The notes beneath the pieces are model-generated. The model saw only the letters and a list, made by a program, of their open reading frames with translations, ran no database searches and was not told the DNA's origin. Position numbers and translations under genes: made by a program. Positions 30,490 through 44,461 of a stretch of DNA of 64,000 bases are shown here, one piece after another (within the stretch, counting starts at the first letter, position 1; every line of letters starts with the position of its first letter). The stretch is from the human T2T-CHM13v2.0 reference genome, Homo sapiens: NCBI RefSeq assembly GCF_009914755.1, contig NC_060930.1. One strand, 5' to 3'.

Positions 30490-30542
30490 CTACTAAATCA
30501 TCAGCTAAGGGAGATTCTACTAAATCACCAGCCAAGGGTGTT
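30490..30542. repeat. ~27-bp imperfect tandem duplication
   Basis: ctactaaatcatcagctaaggg... / ctactaaatcaccagccaaggg... Confidence 0.85.
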
Positions 30543-31289
30543 ACGACAAGAATTGTCAGAGCATGAAAGGAAAAAGAAGGCAGCAGTTGAAATGCTAATA
30601 AATCATTAGGTTCCTATAACTCTTTACAGAGACATAAAGCTGCTCTAATCACTTATCAACTAGCCTTTGAAATTGGTGGGTGGCACAAATTATTTCCACT
30701 ATATTTATATATTAAGACTTCAGTCTTAGCAAGATATTTCAAAGTAAGTATAGGTTATCTGTCCAAAACTTAATGGAGAAGAACATTTTTGTAGTTCTTG
30801 GTTGATATTCTGACATCTAAGATTATTATTTTCAGTTGTCTAAAAGCAGAGGGTAATCAAATCTGTTGACAGGTATTACTTTTATAGCACTAACTATCTT
30901 GGCAAAGAGAGAGGTTACATGTACTGAAATATGATTACACAGTTGTTTTGGAGTCGTGTCTGGAGATGTTCTGTTTTTCTTTAAATAACAATAACGAAGA
31001 ATATTATATTCTTATATATATAATTTCATCAAATACTTGTTTCAAATGTCTGTAAGAAACTACCACAGAGCAGTTTTATAAAAAGAGCCCTGGAGAGAAA
31101 TTTTAAATTTCAATTAATTTAAAACTGGATTCTGTCTCTGGATCATCCAGCTGCCAACTTGAAACCTTAGTCAAGTCATAATACTTTCAGCTAAAGGAAG
31201 ACAATAAAGCTACTTCATAAGGTTGTTATGAAGGCTAAATAATATGTCATTAATAATAATAATATTAATAATAAAAATAGAGTGAATTA

Positions 31290-31480
31290 TATGTATTGGG
31301 GACTTACCATATGCTAGACACTCCAAATTTTGTATTTAATTCTCACACAACCAAATGAGGTAGGCCTTATTATTACCCTTTTTGAATGATGAGAAAACTG
31401 GAGTTTAGAGAAATTAAGTGTATTGCTCAAGGTCACACACAGTAAAGTAGTATAGCAAGAATTCAAATCCAGGTCTCTCA
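31290..31480 (-). mobile_element. MIR
   Basis: tttaattctcacacaacc...gatgagaaaactggagtttagagaaattaagtgtattgctcaaggtcacaca. Confidence 0.75.
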
Positions 31481-32124
31481 TACCAAAATACAATTGTAAT
31501 TGCATTTCTTCCCAAATACATGTAAAGTGCCTAACAGAATGTCTGACATATATGAAATCATCACGATGTGCTAGTTCCTTTTGTTTCTTACTCTACATCC
31601 TCTAGCACATCTCAAACATGCTATCAAATTTAACAACCACCTAAAATATATTATGCCATCAAATCTGCATTGCCAACTCAAACCACCTTTCTCCAGTCTC
31701 AAGAACTATACATCCAGCTTCTTTAAGTGTCCAACAGGCATGCCAAATTCAAAATGGCCTCATGCAAACTTATCACTTTTCTCTTAAATGTGCTCCATTT
31801 ATGATCCCCAAACAGTGAATATTACCATTTATTCAGATGCCTAAAATAGAAATATGAGAGTCAGGGCTTTTAAAAAATAGTTTTGTAATCTGATTTAAGT
31901 CTTCAATGCTTATTGACATGTTGTTTATATTTCCTAGGATGACTGATCAAATCTTTCTAATCATTAAAAATTCAGCTTACATATTATCTCCCCTTTGGAT
32001 CTTTGTAATATCAGTTAAATAGTATCACCTCTGTTCAGCTGCCATACCTTGTATATAACTCTTTTTTGTTATCATACTATATTTTAGTGATAAATTTTCA
32101 TATTTCTCTCTTCTCCTACACTAA

Positions 32125-32365
32125 CACAGTACATCTGAACTTTTGGGATGATAGAAATGTTCTATATATGTGCTGTCTACTATGGTAGTCAATAGCTACA
32201 TGTGGCTATATATTGAGCATTTGAAATGTGGCTAGTGGTATTAACGTAATACCTGTCTGTCAACACAGGAACTAACTTCTTAATTTTGTTTATTTTTGCT
32301 TAATGTAAAAATAATTTTAAAATAGCTACACATGGCTAGCAACTACCGTAATGCACAGTGTAGCA
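32125..32365. mobile_element. MER3-like MITE
   Basis: gatgatagaaatgttctatat...gctacatgtggctata..ttgagcatttgaaatgtggctagtg. Confidence 0.75.
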
Positions 32366-34111
32366 CTTGATTTTGAGCTCGGTGAGGGCAAATACCATAT
32401 CTTACTCACTTTTATCCTATGCCTAGAACATAGCAGATCCTCAAAAAATATATGGAGAATGAGTGAATGAATGAATAAATATTTTACAGTGGTAGAATAG
32501 AGAAAAATCTACTTATCATAAGCACCAGGGAACTATTACATAGAGGTACTGTGAAAACTAATAAGCACTGATTTCTTGGTGAATAAAAACTTAATGCAAA
32601 TAAGTTTCTAAAATGAAATGGAGAAGTAATTTCTATCGGGTCAACCCACTCTCAGGTAACAAAAATAAGCTCCATACAAAATATAAAATATAATTGGATT
32701 AATCTAAAGGCACTCTAGAAGACATGAAAGAAATTGGAGGTAAACTTATACTTGAAAGAAGGAAATGGCCATGTAGTTTTCCTGTTTTGATACAACATTT
32801 TGCTGGAGGGTAGGCCCTAGTTGCAGCTTTCTTGGTGGGTAAAACTCCAGTAGAAATCCAGTCTTATTGGCTTGGAGAACCACAGGACAGATTTTGGAGG
32901 CCATGGCAGCTGGAGATTGAGGGGGAAACCCACAAAAGGTAAAAGCCATGGGTGGGGCGGGGCAAGGGGGATTCTATATATGAACATGGATAAAATCTCT
33001 GGCTGACCCCTGTACTACATATGCACAGGGATAACTCCAAATAGGCCTTATGAGTCTAAAATAACTGAATTGAGTTTTCAGCTGCTCCACTCCACAAAAA
33101 ACAGGATTGGAGTTTGAATTAAAGTTAAATTAATTGCCTGCTTAAAAACAAAAACAAAGAAAACAAATTCCTCAAAGGGACATAACAGATTCCAGTGTCC
33201 CTACAACACATCATTCATAATATTCATGTGATCCACAATTACTAGATTTATGAAGAAACAGAGAAATGTGATCTCAAGACAAAAGGCAAATAAGTGAAGA
33301 CTGACACTGCGATGACCCAGAGGTTGGAATTAGCACATAGGGATTTTAAAACAACTATTATAACCATTCCAAGGATTTAGAGAAAAACATGCTCACAATG
33401 AATGAAAGGAGAGAAAATTTTAGCAGAGGAATCAAAACTACAAAAGAGAAACAAATGAAAATCCAAAAAATTTTTTAAAACCTGTATTTAAAATTTGCAA
33501 GATAACTTTAACAGTAGATTAAAATGAGAAAGTCAATAAATTTGAAGATAGAGCAATAGAAAGTAGCTAACCTAAAAAAAACAAGAGAAAAGATTAGAAA
33601 AAAGTAGAGTCTCAGTGATCTGTGGAAACAATGTGGAAAGGTCTAGCATATGTGTAGTTGTAGTCTCAAAAGAGGAGAGAGAGCAAAAATATTTGAGAAA
33701 ATAATTGGAAAATATTTCCCAAGTTTGGTGAAAGGCATACATTTACAGATATAACTATAACAAACCCAGTGAAGCCCAAGCAGGAAAAATACAAAGAAAA
33801 CCACATGTATGCACATTAGAATCAAACTTCTCAAACCATGGTTAAAGAGAATCTCTTGAAAACAACCACAGATTAACCACAGATTAACATATTCCATAAT
33901 GTAGAATGATATGAAATAACAATAATTTCTTATCAGAAACAATGGACACAAGGAGACAGTGGAATGACATTTCTAAAATGGTGAAAGGAGGAAAAAAGTC
34001 AACTAAATGCAAAAAAAAACATTTGAGGATGAGGGCAAAATAAAGATTTTCAGGTAAATGAAAATAATTTTTATTAGCAGACCTACAGTACAAGAAACAC
34101 AAGGGAAATTC

Positions 34112-34417
<306 letters not shown>

Positions 34418-35937
34418 AGAAACACAAAGGAAGTTCTTTAGGCAAAAGGAATTAATGCCAGGTGGACACTCAGTCTTTAGAAAACAATGCAGTGCCCCAA
34501 ATGATATATAGGTGGCTAAATATTAAGATTTGTCCCTTTCTCCTAATTTGTTATAAATAAACATGACTAAAGAAAAATCTATATTTGCTTTAAACCCCAC
34601 ATTGTATTGTGGGATTGATAACATTTTTAGATGAAGTACATATGACAACCAAAACAGAAGAAGTAAATGAACCTCTATTTTCAGAAAGATTCTGCTTTAC
34701 ACAAAATGGTCCAATATTAAATCTAAGTAGGCTGTGAAAAATCAAGAATGTAAACTATGACCCCTAGAGCAACCACTTGAAACAATATAAAGTTATATAA
34801 CTAAAAAGCCAACAATTCATTAAAAAATAATTCTCAAAAAAATTGAATTAAACAAAAAAAAATTGAGAAAGTAGTAACAGAATTTAAAAACAAAAAGCAG
34901 GCAGGACCAACAGAAAATAGTAGTAAAACTGTTGGTCTAAACTCAACTCTGTCAATAATTCAATTAAATGGAAATGAACTAAATGCTCCAATTAGAATTC
35001 ATAAATTCTCAAAGGAGATAAATGAGTAAGATTCAACATAGTTTCTCCATTAGAGATGAACTTTAAATATAAAAATACAGATATGTTGAAAGCAAATGAC
35101 AGGAAAAGATTTATTATGCAAACTGTAAGCCTAAGAGGGCTGGATTGGCTATATTAATATCAGATGTAATAGATGCCACAAGACAAAAAGTAAAAACAGA
35201 CATACTGTAATAATGAATAAATTTGCATAAAGACACAATAATTATACATGTATATGGGCCTAATAAAACAGGTTTAGGATACGTGACATGAAAGAGTAAC
35301 ATAATTAAAGGGAGAAAGAGACAACTCCACAATGATAGTTGGAGATTTTTTGTGCCTATTCTGCTTATGTAATATAGTTGGAGATTTTAACATTTAATAA
35401 CAGCAATTGGCAGAACAAGTAGATAAAAGATCTGAATAATGCCTTCACTCTCCTTTACCTAATTGACATTTATAGAACACTACACCCAACAATTGCGGAA
35501 TAAACATTATCTTCAAGTAACATGTAATGTTTACCAAGATAAACGAAATGCTGGGCCATGAAACAAGTCTCAGCGCATTTTAAAGATTAAAATAATGCAG
35601 ACAATGTTTTTGGACCACAGTGGAATTAAATTAGAAACCAAAAACAATAAGATGTCAAAGGAGGATAAAATTCACATATCTGGAAATTTAAACACATATT
35701 GTCTATAATCCATGGGTCAAAGAAAAAAGTCATAAGACATATTAAAACTATTTCAAACTGAATGATAATGAAAATATATCAAAATTTGTGGAATACAGCT
35801 AAAGTAGTGCTAAAAGAGAAATTTATACCTTTTAAATGCTTAGGATAGGAAGGAAGAAAGGTATACAATGAATGACCTTTGTTTCCACAGTAAGATCCAG
35901 AGAAAGAAGAGAAAAGTAAATCCAAAGTAAGTAGAGG

Positions 35938-36250
35938 GGCCGGGTGTGGTGGCTCATGCCTCTAATCCCAGCACTTTGGGAAGCCAAGGTGGGAGGATCA
36001 CTTGAGGTCAGGAGTTTGAGACCAGCCTGGCCAATATGTTGAAACCCTGTCTCTACTAAAAATACAAAAATTAGCCGGGCGTGGTGGCACATGCCTGTAG
36101 TCTCAGCTACTTGGGAGGCTGAGGCAGAAGAATCTCTTGAACCTGGGGGTTGGAGGTTGCAGTGAGGTGAGATCTTGCCACTGCACTCCAGCCTGGGCTG
36201 CAGAGTGAGACTCTGCCTCAAGACAACAACAATAACAACAAAAACAAAGA
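35938..36250 (+). mobile_element. AluS/J
   Basis: Full Alu with (CAA)-rich tail. Confidence 0.94.
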
Positions 36251-36807
36251 AAGTAGAAGGAAGGAAACAATAAAGATATTATAAGAGGAGGAAAGTATGA
36301 AACAGAAAACAGACAAATGATAGAGGAAATTAATAGGTATAAAACATTTTGGGGTTTTTCTAGGGGAAATGACATTAAAGTTTGACATGCAGAAGAAAAG
36401 AGAAATCACCAATATCAGGAATAAGTATGTGAATATATTACAGATCCAACAAACATGAACAAGTGTATGCTAATAAATTCAACAACTTAGAAGGAATGGA
36501 CATATTTTCTGAACAATACAACTTACTAAACTGACACAAGATGAAATAAAAATTCTTAACTAGTCCTATATATATAAAAGAAATTGAATTTGTTATCAAA
36601 ATCTCCCTCTGAACTCTGTTAAACATTTAGGTAAGAAAAAAATAACAATTTTACACAAATGCTTTCAGAAACCCAGGAGGAAGAAACACATCCCAGTGCA
36701 TTTTATGAAGTCAGCCTGATCCTGATACTAAACTTGACACAGACATTTCAAATAAAGAAAATGAAAACACGAGTCATGTTAAGTTGATTTTCTTTCCCCA
36801 TCACTAA

Positions 36808-39675
36808 CAGGAAGGCAGGAGGGCCTGAGTTTGCGGGTAGGGAGTGCGGGCTAGCTTGCTGGTAGGGCTACAACATCAAACTTGTATGCAGTTCCCAACT
36901 GCACATGGAAGAAAATGAAGCCCAATCTGGCCTTCAGGTTACTACAAGACCTTGAAAGAAGCCTGAGGTGGGTGAAGAAATGTAGAAAAATTAACTTACA
37001 AGGTAAAACACCTGATTGGCTGAGTAAACATTATTGTCAAACACTTTGAGAACTCTATGATTTATAAAACTAGTACTTACAGAAGAGTTATTTGCAATTA
37101 TGCTATGCCAGCAATGGTTGATTTTACTGGTCATCTGAACAATCCACATGGTGGACATTGAAAATAAATAAGATAATTGTGATAATTAAATCAGGACACA
37201 AATGGAAAAAATGATGAAACTCCTGAATAGAAACAAACCAATAAAGAAACAACAGCAATACACAGAACTCCAATGCAGAAGAAGAAAGTGAAGAACAAAA
37301 TGAAGGCATTTCACCCCTAAACTTTGAAGAGAATAAAAACAAAGATCACTTAACATTTTTATTTGAAGTTTGGTTTTTACAAAATACACCTTTGGATGAA
37401 AATGAGGCTGACCAAATCTCAAAGGGTTTCTTTTCTCCTTTTAATGTTTAAGCACTGCTGGAGTTCAGGGTACTTTCTGGTGAGGCAGTCCTGAGAAAGT
37501 TCTTTGAAACACATTATTCAGTTTGAAAACACAACAGAAACAGGTGCTTGAGATCTACAAGAGCTGCACTGGGAAGAAACGGGGAAGTGAGAGATTCACT
37601 TCTTTCCTACTGTCGCTAATATGGAGGACATAGCTGAGAAAAAGCAATCACCGGTATTGGTTAGGCTCACTGATGAATCTCAGGGCCAGAGAGAAGGATG
37701 TGGGATTTCTCCCTCCTGAAGCTGATGCAGGAAGTTTGGCTGTGAAATGTCACACTACAATAACTGAGAAGTGGGAAATGAACAAGGAATTCTGGTGTGA
37801 CCTGGCTTAGATTATATCTAGTAGACTTTCTTTCAAAATGGCAATCATGGTAACTAGAACTTTAGAGAAATAATCCCAACATATCTCCACACCTTGCTCT
37901 TCCTCTGCCTTAAATATGCAGAAGTCGAAATCAGTTTTCTGTTGTGGGAGGATCATCTATTGCTTTGGGAGCAATTAAAGATGTTCTTTTTTTCTGTTGA
38001 TCACAAGAGTTTTAGAGCTCAATAATATAATGTCTGTCCTCTTTCAGAACAACAAAGAAAAGGCAAATGAACTGAAGGAAATCTGCTATTCACAATGTAC
38101 AGGCATGCATGATGCTTTTGAAATGTTTTTGCTAGCAATTGTTTTGTGTTTAGATGATATAAAGGTTGACACAAATGTTAGATGGAATACCTTTATAGCT
38201 GGTTGAGCTTTTGTTCTCTGTAGTGCATTAATGTTTTGATTTAATTATAAATTGTTGTTCATAAAAGTATCCTATTTTCAGAAAGACCATCTGGAAAAAA
38301 TCTCCAGGGCCACACCTCCGATGTCTTCTTTGCAATAGGCAGCTTGACTGCAGCGTTGCATTGCAGAAAGAGATTGAAGATATTTACATTTATTGTAAAT
38401 TTTGATTTGAGGAAGCCGCAGGGTTGACAACCATACTTGATGCTGAAATGCTGGGAAATTCCTCAAGGCTCAGCAAGATAATCTAGAATCTAAATTAACC
38501 ACAGAGAATTACTATAAAGAAATAGTGCTCCACCATGAGGCACATTATCCATGACCTTAAAGACATTTTCTTAGAACAGTACCTCACAGTTCCTAAATGT
38601 TCTTAAACAGTCAAAAGCAGTTCACTGGTGGCCTCGGTCATAGAACAGCTTACACTGAACACCATGCCAATGTGTACTCAGCTGACTTATTCAATCCTGA
38701 TACATTCTCTGCCAACCTTCATTGTTGGAGGTTAAGGCCAAAACGCAGAAAAAAAGACAAAGAGCTTCCACCCACCACGTATAAAACTCCCTATTTATCT
38801 CACTTAAAGTTTTTTTTTCTTACTGTCTACATGTTACTGAAGGTCCTGTGTATTCTTCCTTTTGATGAAGTTTGAGAATGAAAGCTATGAAATTGGATGA
38901 AAGTGTCTCAAACCACAACTAAGAAGCACTTCAACGGACCAGAGGTCAAGTAACTTTACACTGCTTAACATAAATGTTGATATAAAATAGGATCTTAATT
39001 TAACAGTAGACACATATATAAAAAAGCTATACATAAAGCCAGAACTTCCTACAAGTACCTAAAAACCACTGAAAATGCCTAATAGTTTTTCTTTTTATAT
39101 CTGATATTTAGAGGAAAAGCTGTGAGTTGTATTTTGGCCACTTAATCACTGAATATTTACCCACGGACCTTTCACTGAATATATTAAACACTAAAAACCT
39201 GCTGTTGAGTGGCCACTATTTGAACTTTCTTTCTTTGAAGACTTTTCCTTTCAGAATTTAGCATTAAAAGAACATTCCATTTCTGTTGTTGGCAAGCTAG
39301 GGATATTTTAGTAAAGTAATTTTGAGCATAATGTCATGAATCTAATTACCAGGTATTATTAAGTTACCAGTTGTTTTAAAAAGTAAATGTTAAGGAGGTG
39401 TGAGGAGAAGGAATATATTTTATAAAATATTACAATAAAGCACAGGATTGACCATTGACTAATGGGTGTGTTAGTGTATTGTTAGAAATATGGAAAGGGT
39501 AGTTAAGGAAATTACCAACCAGCAGCAGAAACTGTGAACTCACCAAACCGAGATTTCAATGTAGATTTCGTCTTTTTTATGTGGCCATAAAGACAGAATT
39601 AGAGTTTGGATAGAAAGTAATCCAAAGATGTTCCACATCTGGTTGTTTACATTCATTTGTTGGGTTTACATCTTA
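36808..39675 (+). pseudogene. Processed pseudogene of THAP12 (PRKRIR; THAP zinc finger plus hAT-transposase-derived); possibly THAP12P5 by recall
   Basis: Intronless and collinear with THAP12. N-terminus SNLYAVPNCT...LAFRL...WVKKCR...KTPDWLSKHY (ATG decayed at ~36873); LELNNIMSVLFQNNKEKANELKEICYSQCTGMHDAFE (37997 ORF); EHHANVYSADLFNPDTFSANLHCWR...LLKVLCILP (38597 ORF). Stop TAA at 39080-39082, then 3' UTR. Many frameshifts and stops. Confidence 0.95.
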
Positions 39676-39681
39676 ACATGT

Positions 39682-40506
39682 TCAAAGGAAGACATACAAG
39701 TGACCCAGAAACATATTTTAAAAAAGCACAACATCACTAATCATCAGAGAAATGCAAATTAAAACCACAGTGAGATATCATCTTACACTAGCCAGAATGG
39801 CCATGATTAAAAAGCCAAAAATCCAACAAGTGCTGATGAGGATACAGCAGAAAGGGAACACTTATATACTGTTGGTGGGAATGTAAATTAGTACAACCTC
39901 TATGGAAAACAGTATGGAGATTTCTTAAAGAACTAAAAATAGAACTACCATTTGATCCAGCAATCCCACTACTAAGTATCTACCCAAAGGAAAATAAATC
40001 ATTATACTAAAAAGACAACTGCACTCATATGTTTATCACAGTACTATTCATAATAGTAAAGTTATGTAATCAACCTAAGTATTTATCAATGGATGATTTG
40101 ACAAAGAGAATATCATATTATATATACATATATATTACGTCTCAGCCATAGAAAAGAATGAAATTATGTCTTTTGCTCAACAAGGATTGAACTAGAGGCC
40201 ATTGTCCTAAGTGAAATAACTCAGAAACAGAAAGTCAAATACTGCATGTTCTCACTTCTAAGCGGGAACCAAACAATGGGTACACATGAACATACAGAGT
40301 GGAATAATAGACACTGGAGACTGTAAAGGTGGGAGGGTGGGAGGAGGATAGGGTTGAAATATTACCTATTGGGTACAATGTTCACTATTTGGATGACAGG
40401 TACACTAAAAGCCCAGACTTCCCCACTATGCAATATATTTATGTAACAAAACTGAACTTGTATCTTCTAAATCTAAATAAATACATACATAAAACCCTAA
40501 AAAAAC
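39682..40506 (+). mobile_element. L1PB/L1MA 3' end
   Basis: aaggaagacatacaag...catcagagaaatgcaaattaaaaccacagtgagatatc...tacctattgggtacaatgttcactattt. Confidence 0.92.
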
Positions 40507-41285
40507 ACTAAGTAAACTAAGAAAAGATGGAAATTTCCTTGACCTGATAAAGGATATTTATGAAATTCTTATAGTTAATATAATGCTTAGTGGTGAAAGA
40601 CTAACCGTATTCCCTTCAAGATTGGACTCAGGGCAAAGATGTACCCTCTTAATGTTGTAATAGAAGTCCTAGCCTATGAAATAGGGCAAGAAAATGAAAT
40701 AAAGAATATAATGTTTGTTGATGTAGAAAATTCTAAGGAACGTATAAGCAACCACTAGAACTAATAAGCAAATTTAACAATATTACAGGATACATGGCCA
40801 ATACTCCACAATCGTCCTTTTATGTACTAGCAGCAAACAATTGAAAAATTTTTAAAAATCCACTTACAATAGCAATTAGAAATATGTAAAATACTTACAA
40901 ATAAATTAAATAAAACCATACAAAATTTCTACACTAAAAATTACAAAACATTGTTGAGATAAATTAAGGAAAACCCAAATAAATGAAGATATATACTATG
41001 TTCATGGATTAGAAGACCCAAATGAACATGAGAAAGAAAAAGACAATTGAAAGATTTACCCTATCTGAATTCAAAATGTGCTAAAGTTAATCAAGATAGT
41101 ATATGGTATTGGCATAAGGTCTAACAAATATCAATGGAACAGAATAGAGAGCTCGGAAACAGACTCACACTTACACACTCAATTAATTTTCAACAGACGC
41201 ACCAAAGTAATTATACTGGGGGCAAAGGAAAATTTTTTTTAACAAAAGGTGCTGAAACAATTGGATATTCAAATGGAAAAGTTTA
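40507..41285 (+). mobile_element. Continuation of old L1M ORF2
   Basis: aatttccttgacctgataaagg...ggtattggcataagg...tcaatggaacagaatagagag. Confidence 0.75.
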
Positions 41286-42556
41286 TGCAAAAGGAATCTG
41301 AATGTTCATCAATGCTTTTGTCTGGTATGGTAATCTGATGTGTTATCCTTTCCTATTTACATATTGGTAATGTAGTATCAGCTAATCAAAGCACTGTTTC
41401 CACTAATATAGTGATATTTCTACTGCAGGGGTACTCTTTTTCTTCTTATAAAAATAATCCTTTTAAATTATAAAAGCAACAGATTTTCACCAACAACAGC
41501 TCCAAAAATAACATATCAAGTAAAAATAAAAATAAAAATAAATTCCTTGTCATCACACAACCCAGAAATCACCAAAAGTGACATTTTGAGGTAGTCTTCC
41601 CAAAATAGTTTCTTTTGCCCACAGTATATTACTCTAGTGGTCTTCCTAATCTTCTGAATATGATGTCATAAAATTTGTATAATCTCACACAAGAACCATA
41701 GGAGACAGGGGAAAAAAACATTTGGATAATGCATTTTTCAACCTAATATTAACTTGCATGTAATTTTTTTCAAGACTTCTTGAGATTCAGTTACTTTTGT
41801 ATTCATGTACTATGGCAATATTAGCTTTCATTTCATGATTTCTGCATTTTCATTTACTGAAGACATAAATTCTAATTTTAAGTTATATCCGAATTGTACT
41901 TCCAATAGACATCTATTTCTGAAGTATCTGCCAAACTTATAATGACTGTTCTTTTATGAAAATAACTCTATTCCCAATCCCCTATCCAAAATGTAACTTT
42001 AATGTTAAACAAGCATGACTCAAGGAATTAATTATGAAACAAATTTGTTTTTGTCATCTACTGTCACATTAAGTTTATTGTGCATGCTCCTTTCTTCCCT
42101 TGCCCCTGATGAAATTTAGGGCAAGTCACAAAACTGAACATTTCCACATTATGGTTAAAACCACAGAAGCAGTCTCTGGGCAACCAAATTTATAGTAGAT
42201 AATCAGTTCCATGGCCACAGTTGATTGTTCAAGTTCTGGCAATCTGATTTAACTTGGGCAATTAGGCTCTCACCCAAGAATTTCTAAATTAAGTCCAAGA
42301 GTAAAGTTTGTCTCTTCATGTGTCCTGCAGCCATAGCCCACTTTGTAGCCTGAAGACCAGAGAAAGGAAGTCTTTAAGGAGAAAGAAGATAGGAGAAGAT
42401 GCAAAAAGGAGAAGCAAAGATGTACAAACGTACTTCCTGGATTCTGTCAGCTGTCAGTTGTTGGTTTCACTTCCTTCCAGAACTCCAGTTTCATTCCTGC
42501 CTTTTGATTCTGTGAAACCCCTCAATCATTATAATGATTAATAATACCCAACTGCA

Positions 42557-42914
<358 letters not shown>

Positions 42915-43054
42915 TCAAATAATACAAAAATTAATGTGGCTTGTGGGAGGTTTTCTCCTACAAACAACCAACCAGCCTTAATCATGGTCCATATACTTTT
43001 GGCTTCACCCATGGTGATAGCCCCTCTTTTATCTATTCCCTCAATCTGAGGGTA

Positions 43055-43975
43055 CATTTTATTTTATTTATTTTTAATAATTTCAACTTTTATTTCAGAT
43101 TCAGGGGGTATAAATGCAGCCTTGTTACATGGGTGTATTGCATGGTACTCAGGTTTGGGGTATGGATGATTCCATCACCAAGGTAGTCAGCATAGTATCC
43201 GATGGGTAATTTTTCAACCCATGCTCCATTACCTCTTCCCTCTAGAGGTCTCCAGTATGTACTATTCCCATCTTTATGTTGATGTGTACTCAATGTTTAG
43301 CTCTCAGTTATAAGTGAGAACATGTAGTATTTGGTTTTCTGTTCCTGCATTCACTTTCTTAAGATAATGGCCACCAGCTGCAGCCATGCTGCTGCAAAGG
43401 ACATGATTTTATTATTTTTTACAGCTACACAATATTTCCTGGTATATATGTGCCACATTTTATTTATCCAGTCCACCATCAATGTGCATCTAGGTTGATT
43501 CTACGTCTTCGCTATTGTGAATACTGCTGTGATGAACATATGAGTGCACGTGTCTGTTTTGTAGAATGATTTCTTTTCCTTTGGGTATATATCCGGTAAT
43601 GGAATTGTTGAGTCAAATGGTAGTTCTGTTTTAAGTTCTTTAAGAAATCTCCAAACTGTCTTCCATAGTGGCTGGACTAATTTACATTTCCATCAACAGC
43701 GTGTAAGCAATTACCTTTTCTCCACAGCCTCACCAGCATCTGTTATTTTTTGACTTTTTAATAGCCATTCTGAATGGTGTAAGATGGTATCTCACTGTGC
43801 TTTTGATTTGCATTTCTCTGATAATTAGTGATGATGAGCATTTTTTCATATGTTTGTTGGCCACTTATATGTCTTCTTCTGATAAGTGTCTGTTTATGTC
43901 CTTTGCCCATTTTTTAATGAGGTTACTTGTTTTATTTCTTGTTGAGTTGTTTTAAGTTCCTTACAGATTCTGGAT
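43055..43975 (-). mobile_element. L1PA-old/L1PB 3' end
   Basis: caacttttatttcagattcagggggta...ttttgatttgcatttctctgataattagtgatgatgagcatttttt. Confidence 0.92.
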
Positions 43976-44165
43976 AGAGTCCATTTTAGCTGTAAACTTC
44001 TGGTGCTTCCTGCGCACTCACCAAAGTGCTGAACCTAGAACTACTTAGACCATTTCTGCTCTCATAAAAGTTCAGTGTCAAACTTTTATGTATATTTTCC
44101 TGACTAGAGAGAGTAGATTGTCAGAAAATGATTATGATTTGACATTCAGTGACTTCTGTAGATTC

Positions 44166-44461
44166 TTTTTTTTTTTTTTGAGACGGAGTCTCATTCTGTC
44201 GTCTAGGCTGGAGTGCAGTGGTGCAAGCTCAACTCGCTGCAACCTCTGCCTCCCAGGTTCAAGCAATTCTCCTGCCTCAGCCTCCCCAAGTAGCTGGGAC
44301 TACAGGCGCCCGCCACTACGCCTGGCTAATTTTTGTATTTTAGTAGAGACAGGGTTTCACCATGTTGGTCAGGCTGGTCTCAAACTTCCGACTTCAGGTG
44401 ATCCACCCGCCTCTGCCTCACAAAGTGCTGGGATTATAGGTGTGAGCTACTGTGCCCAGCC
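44166..44461 (-). mobile_element. AluS
   Basis: Antisense full Alu. Confidence 0.95.

Noticed and set aside
36873-39082. THAP12 copy as a functional retrogene or autonomous hAT transposon
   Set aside because: The start codon is lost, there are many indels and stops, the longest sense-strand ORF is under 100 aa, and there is no 8-bp TSD.
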